Assembly (NCBI GenBank): GCA_036386775.1 | Contig: DASVVA010000016.1 | Location: forward strand, 1-28,937 | Length of the DNA: 28,937 nt | Direction: 5' to 3' | Source: Minisyncoccota bacterium | GTDB taxonomy: Bacteria > Patescibacteriota > Minisyncoccia > Phycocordibacterales > Phycocordibacteraceae | Shown: piece after piece, positions 24,749-28,937 of the stretch | Numbering within the stretch: the stretch's first letter is position 1 | How the letters are laid out: every line of letters starts with the position of its first letter | Notes under the pieces: generated by a model | The model's database searches: none | Told to the model about the DNA's origin: nothing | Seen by the model: the letters and a program-made list of their open reading frames with translations, nothing else | Made by a program: the position numbers and the translations under genes

Positions 24749-26121
24749 AACTCACTTTTCACGGGGGCGCAGAGACTGTTACTGGTTCTAACTTCCTCGT
24801 AGAAGGATCTAAAGGGGGGCTGCTTGTTGATTGCGGCGTTGAACAGGGCGAACACTATTGTCAGGGCTGTATGTATGACCCTTTTCCGTATGACGTAACT
24901 TCAATCGACGCGCTCATCATCACCCATGGTCACCTAGATCACATTGGCCGCGCGCCTAAGCTCATCCGCGAAGGGTTTAAAGGAACCGTATACTGCACCG
25001 CGCCTACGCGCGATATTATGGCGCTTATCCTGCTTGATTCAGCGCGCATACTTGGGCAGGAGGCGCGCTCACAGGGTAGAGAGCCGATGTACGACGACCG
25101 CGATGTCGAGGCGCTTATGAATCGGGTCAAGACGATCGAGTACGGGCAGGAGTGGGAGGCTGCGCCCGGTCTCTCTTGCGTGTTGCGACAGACGGGTCAT
25201 ATCTTGGGGTCGGCAAGTGTTCGTATCAAAGACGAGGAAGGTGTGGGGCTCGCTCTTACGGGCGACATAGGCAACTCACCGTCGCCTTATCTGCCCGATC
25301 CCGAGCCTATACAAGACGCTGACGTACTAGTAATGGAGAGCGTGTACGGTGACCGGGAGAACCCTCAGGAAGGCAGAGTAGAAATGCTGCGAGATGTTCT
25401 TAAGGCAGCGATTTCGCGCGGCGGCCCAATTCTAATCCCTGCTTTTTCTATAGAGCGCACACAGCTCATGCTCTACGAGATCAGCAATTTTATGGAGACG
25501 GGGGAGATACCCAAGATCCCGGTCTTCCTTGACTCACCGCTTGCCATTAAGGTCACCGACGTCTATTCCAAATGGGGAAGCAAATACTTCAAACCAGAGG
25601 TAGACGATGAGCTTAAGCGCGAACACGACATTTTTCGTTTTCCATTCCTGACACAGACCCCTGGGCGCGAAGACTCGGAAGCTATCACCGAGACCCGTGG
25701 CTCCAAAATCATCATCGCGGGCGCGGGCATGTCTCACGGAGGCCGTATTGCTCGCTGGGAGGAGCGCTATTTGCCTGATCCGACAACAACTCTTATGATC
25801 GTCGGCTACCAGGCCCCAGGTAGTCCAGGTCGCCTACTTCAGGATGGCGCACGGACCATACGCATTAACAGTCGACAGGTCCCCGTTCGTGCCAAAGTGG
25901 GGACATACTTAGGCTGGTCTGCGCATGCTGACCGCAATGGCCTACTCGCCTTTGCCGAAAAGTCGCTGCCGCGGACGAAGACTATATTCGCTGCCCTCGG
26001 CGAACCAGCAAGCGCTCGCTTCCTGGCACAACGGATTCACGACTTCTTGGGCGTACGTGCCATTGTTCCGACGGAGGGGGAGGTGTGGGAAATTACGAAG
26101 GAGGGCGCTCAGCGTGTATAA
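24739..26121 (+). CDS. Metallo-beta-lactamase/beta-CASP family nuclease (YSH1-like, RNA-metabolising)
   Basis: FHGGAETVTGSNFL, VDCG, THGHLDHIG, GHILGS, TGDIG, MESVYG, PAFSIERTQ, GMSHGGRI, VGYQAPGSPG, SAHAD. Confidence 0.92.
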   Translation: MAMKLTFHGGAETVTGSNFLVEGSKGGLLVDCGVEQGEHYCQGCMYDPFPYDVTSIDALIITHGHLDHIGRAPKLIREGFKGTVYCTAPTRDIMALILLDSARILGQEARSQGREPMYDDRDVEALMNRVKTIEYGQEWEAAPGLSCVLRQTGHILGSASVRIKDEEGVGLALTGDIGNSPSPYLPDPEPIQDADVLVMESVYGDRENPQEGRVEMLRDVLKAAISRGGPILIPAFSIERTQLMLYEISNFMETGEIPKIPVFLDSPLAIKVTDVYSKWGSKYFKPEVDDELKREHDIFRFPFLTQTPGREDSEAITETRGSKIIIAGAGMSHGGRIARWEERYLPDPTTTLMIVGYQAPGSPGRLLQDGARTIRINSRQVPVRAKVGTYLGWSAHADRNGLLAFAEKSLPRTKTIFAALGEPASARFLAQRIHDFLGVRAIVPTEGEVWEITKEGAQRV

Positions 26122-26146
26122 CTTCTGGCGCCTGGATACCTAAAGC

Positions 26147-26152
26147 TATACT
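26147..26152 (+). promoter_or_regulatory. -10 box of a probable leaderless transcript
   Basis: TATACT, 6 nt, ATG 26159. Confidence 0.6.
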
Positions 26153-26158
26153 TAGACC

Positions 26159-26572
26159 ATGCAGCCTGTCTCTGATTTTTTTGCGTACTGCGTCGCTGAC
26201 AGCTACGTCGGCGAAAGCGTGCTGCTCATGGCCCTCCTTATTGTGGTTACGTGCGCTATTGGTTCCGTCCTGCTTCACGTTCTTGCGCGCCTAGCAAAGG
26301 AACGATTGACCTATAAAACCGGACTAGCAGCGTGTGTGGGAACGGGAATAGCAGTTCTGATTGCAGGCGTTGTTACCCTAATCACGGATTTTTGCTTTGC
26401 TCTTGCAGAGGACCTGCTCCTCGCTTTTGTTGTACTCGTGGCTCTGGTCGCCAGCATCGGCTTTCTGCGTCGGCTCAGTCGCATGGCGCTCCCGAAAGCA
26501 GCACTTCTTGCGGTTGTGACGCTGGTCTTAAGTTATGTTGCAGCTGTCCTAATCCTCTCATCGCTTCAATAG
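26159..26572 (+). CDS. Hypothetical 4-TM membrane protein
   Basis: Four hydrophobic segments; fills the gap; leaderless-type promoter signal. Confidence 0.65.
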   Translation: MQPVSDFFAYCVADSYVGESVLLMALLIVVTCAIGSVLLHVLARLAKERLTYKTGLAACVGTGIAVLIAGVVTLITDFCFALAEDLLLAFVVLVALVASIGFLRRLSRMALPKAALLAVVTLVLSYVAAVLILSSLQ

Positions 26573-26597
26573 TGACTTTCAATCATGCTCGCCAATA

Positions 26598-26632
26598 CAA
26601 AAAACCGCCCAGCGGAGCCGGGCGGTTTGTTG
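26598..26632. terminator. Bidirectional terminator between convergent genes
   Basis: CAAAAAACCGCCC-agcggagcc-GGGCGGTTTGTTG. Confidence 0.7.
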
Positions 26633-26633
26633 T

Positions 26634-26984
26634 TTAGGCGTTTACCTGCTTAGCAACGCGAGTGAAGGCCTCGGGGCGTTTCTGAGCAAGTTCTGAGAGC
26701 ACTTTGCGGTCGAGGGTGAAGCCCTTTTTCTTGAGCGCATTAATGAATGTGCTGTAGGACTGGTACCCGTTCTCGCGGATAGCCGCGTTAAGGCGGACGA
26801 TCCACAACTGACGATAGTCGGTCTTCTTGTCGCGACGGTGATTGAAGGCGTTTTTGCCGGCGTGCACGAGCGATTCTTTAGCGAGACGCTCCTTGGTGCC
26901 GCGACCATGGCGGTATCCTTTCGCGCGCTTGAGTACGTTGCGGCGGCGCTTTGCCGAAATCACTCCTCCTTTTACTCGGGCCAT
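26634..26984 (-). CDS. rplT: 50S ribosomal protein L20
   Basis: MARVKGG, AKGY, RRDKKTDYRQLWIVRLNAA, LDRKVLSELA. Confidence 0.99.
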   Translation of the reverse strand: MARVKGGVISAKRRRNVLKRAKGYRHGRGTKERLAKESLVHAGKNAFNHRRDKKTDYRQLWIVRLNAAIRENGYQSYSTFINALKKKGFTLDRKVLSELAQKRPEAFTRVAKQVNA

Positions 26985-27003
26985 ACGTTAGTAGTTAAAA
27001 AAG

Positions 27004-27195
27004 TTACTTGCTGAGGGTCGACAGGAAGCGGCGGCGGATACTCTTCGATACAGTAAGCGACTGTGCGCGGCGCTTTACACCCTTAGTGCCACCGCTCTCC
27101 TTGGCGTTGAAATGGTCCTGGCCAGCCTTGCGAACAACCAGCTTGCCTTTCTTGGTGACGCGTACGCGCTTCGTGTATGACTTGTTTGTTTTCAT
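27004..27195 (-). CDS. rpmI: 50S ribosomal protein L35 (start at 27195, not 27327)
   Basis: MKTNKSYTKRVRVTKKGK, H, KRR; position between infC and rplT. Confidence 0.93.
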   Translation of the reverse strand: MKTNKSYTKRVRVTKKGKLVVRKAGQDHFNAKESGGTKGVKRRAQSLTVSKSIRRRFLSTLSK

Positions 27196-27199
27196 AAAG

Positions 27200-27769
27200 T
27201 TATTCGGTGCCGGTTTCAGCAGGAGCGCCGGCGTCCTTGGGCTTTGCAGTTGCCTTGGGGTCTCGCTCAATGATGCCCGCGAAGCCCTTGGGCGCACGAG
27301 CGACCGGCTCGGCCACCCGATATGCATACGGGATTAGGAGCAGGAATTTCTCGAGGCGACTCTTCAAGAAAGCCTCGTCCATGCCCTTATACCTGCCCTT
27401 GAGGAAGAGCTCGGCGCGGACGCGATGACCCTCTTCAAGCCACTCGGCGGCCTTTCGGGCCTTGAGCCGCATATCGTTCTCGCTCGTGCCGACCTTGATC
27501 TGGACCTCCTTGGTCTCAGAGACCTTGGCCTTGGCCCGCGCAGCGCTCTCCCTTTTCTTCAGGTCGTACTGAAATTTACCATAATCCATCACTTTCGCAA
27601 CGGGCGGCTTCGCGTTTGGCGAGATCTCGATAAGATCAAGGCCTGCGGCCTCGGCTGCCTTCAAAGCATCGCCAAGCGAAAGGACACCGAGGTTCTCTCC
27701 CTCGGCGCCTACAACGCGCAATTCGGACGCGCGTATCTCACGATTAATGCGAATTTTTTCTGTAGCCAA
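27200..27769 (-). CDS. infC: Translation initiation factor IF-3, non-AUG (TTG) start
   Basis: RINREIRA, LDLIEISPNAKPPVAKVMDYGKFQY, KEVQI, FLKGR; in-frame TAA three codons upstream of TTG excludes an upstream ATG. Confidence 0.97.
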   Translation of the reverse strand: MATEKIRINREIRASELRVVGAEGENLGVLSLGDALKAAEAAGLDLIEISPNAKPPVAKVMDYGKFQYDLKKRESAARAKAKVSETKEVQIKVGTSENDMRLKARKAAEWLEEGHRVRAELFLKGRYKGMDEAFLKSRLEKFLLLIPYAYRVAEPVARAPKGFAGIIERDPKATAKPKDAGAPAETGTE

Positions 27770-27883
27770 AGCGTGTTAGGTACCTCTACGATACCACGAG
27801 GAGAGCAGGAAGCAAGGAAGTACGGGCTCTGGCAGGCCGACGCCCCCCTCAACAACCGTGCGCAAACTCAAGAATGGAGTAGT

Positions 27884-28321
27884 ATGACTGCAATGGACTT
27901 GCAGGAAGGCTGGGACCAGCTTCAGAAGTGGATGCGTAAAGACCGGCTTGGACGCCGGCGCTATGTTGAGATCAACGTCCTGTCCGGCGTTATTGGCTTT
28001 GCCGTCATTCTGTTGCCGCTTCTGGTCGTACTTCTTCTGCCCGATTTTGAAAGCAGTAACTATTTGATGATTCCGGCAGCCGCCGTTGGGATTGCAACGG
28101 CAATCATCATGCTCCTTATCTATATTGCTACGTCGATTGCCCGACTTCGTGACATGGGCAACTCAACCCACTGGTTCGTCGCAGGACTTATTCCATATAT
28201 AAACGTAGTTTTCTTCATCATCCTTGCTTTTAGGGAGGGCAAAGCATCGCGCTTACGGACAAAGAAGGGGGTGCCCGCAAAAGCTGAGCCAATGGAGACT
28301 GTCGCACCCGCTGAAACGTAA
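27884..28321 (+). CDS. DUF805-family membrane protein (start 27884 or 27893; the 5' half of the 27425 ORF is spurious)
   Basis: RLGRRRY, two TM helices, RLRDMGNS, LIPYINVVFFIILAF.EG. Confidence 0.8.
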   Translation: MTAMDLQEGWDQLQKWMRKDRLGRRRYVEINVLSGVIGFAVILLPLLVVLLLPDFESSNYLMIPAAAVGIATAIIMLLIYIATSIARLRDMGNSTHWFVAGLIPYINVVFFIILAFREGKASRLRTKKGVPAKAEPMETVAPAET

Positions 28322-28370
28322 GAACTGCGGAGCTTCTTCGTCCTTAGTAGTAATAACTACAAATTACTCT

Positions 28371-28937
28371 ATGAAAATCATTCCTGTATTCGTGCTTGCC
28401 GCAATCGTGGCTGCTTCATTTAGTTCGGGTGCCCATGCTGCCGTGCCAAACAAAGACCTGTCTTTTGGAAGCCGCGGCGAAGATGTTGTTTCGCTCCAGC
28501 ACGAGCTCATCGCATACGGTGGTCCTGCGGCGCAGGCGCTAAGCAAAGTGGGTGCTACGGGTTACTTTGGTCCACTCACGCGCGCAGCACTCGTAGAGTT
28601 TCAGAAGAATAATGGCATCACGCCAGCGGCCGGCTATTTTGGCGCCAAGACACGCGCAGCGCTTTCACTTCGTGCTGAACCTGAGGTACTTTACACCGGC
28701 ACCATCTCTGCAGTGGATACCGGCTGCTTCGTAGACGCTGTCTGCAGCGTTACCGTAGGCGGCAAGAAAGTAGTTCTCCTTACGGGCGAGCGTCTCATAG
28801 GGCCTCGCGAAACAGGTGCTCTCAAAGGAGTCGACTCCATTGGTGACCTTGAAGGGAAGATCGGTGCGGAGGCACGTGTATATGCCGCAAAACTGAACAA
28901 GGAATGGGGTGACTACACTCTTGAGGGCAAGAGCAAC
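28371..28937 (+). CDS. Secreted protein with a peptidoglycan-binding (PG_binding_1-like) domain; runs off the 3' edge and is absent from the ORF track
   Basis: Own translation: MKIIPVFVLAAIVAASFSSGAHA (signal peptide), DLSFGSRGEDVVSLQHEL, TGYFGPLTRAALVEFQKNNGITPAAGYFGAKTRAAL; no stop before the window end. Confidence 0.85.
   Translation, partial: MKIIPVFVLAAIVAASFSSGAHAAVPNKDLSFGSRGEDVVSLQHELIAYGGPAAQALSKVGATGYFGPLTRAALVEFQKNNGITPAAGYFGAKTRAALSLRAEPEVLYTGTISAVDTGCFVDAVCSVTVGGKKVVLLTGERLIGPRETGALKGVDSIGDLEGKIGAEARVYAAKLNKEWGDYTLEGKSN

Noticed and set aside
27425-27883. N-terminal half of the 298-aa ORF 27425-28321
   Set aside because: Antisense to infC and its promoter; only the part from about 27884 has DUF805 character

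Overview
The window is a stretch of bacterial chromosome, most likely from Patescibacteria/CPR (Parcubacteria-like, standard code 11). That placement is inferred from the missing rpmD/L30 at its usual site, the general lack of Shine-Dalgarno motifs, the 89-aa Zn-free S14 and CPR-type hypothetical proteins. The backbone is the translation supercluster: fusA, tuf, rpsJ, the S10 and spc ribosomal protein genes, secY, adk and map, plus a separate infC-rpmI-rplT unit on the minus strand. Accessory genes break this cluster at four points (fusA|tuf, rpsJ|rplC, rplB|rpsS, secY|adk), and a terminator plus new promoter splits it at a fifth (rplE|rpsN). Five features stand out. (1) A stand-alone ~130-nt ncRNA with its own promoter and terminator folds like a miniaturised 6S RNA. 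(2) Seven accessory genes have a -10 box exactly 6-7 nt before the ATG, predicting leaderless mRNAs, while core genes use SD-less U-rich ...TCGT-ATG starts. (3) Very long, near-perfect hairpins occur at several junctions, and three are followed 1 nt later by TATACT. (4) An Mpl ligase lies next to a putative NlpC/P60-like peptidase, suggesting peptidoglycan scavenging. (5) Several ribosomal proteins carry Lys/Ala/Pro-rich tails. I saw no tRNA, rRNA, CRISPR array or transposase. All family assignments come from motif recognition by eye, not database searches.
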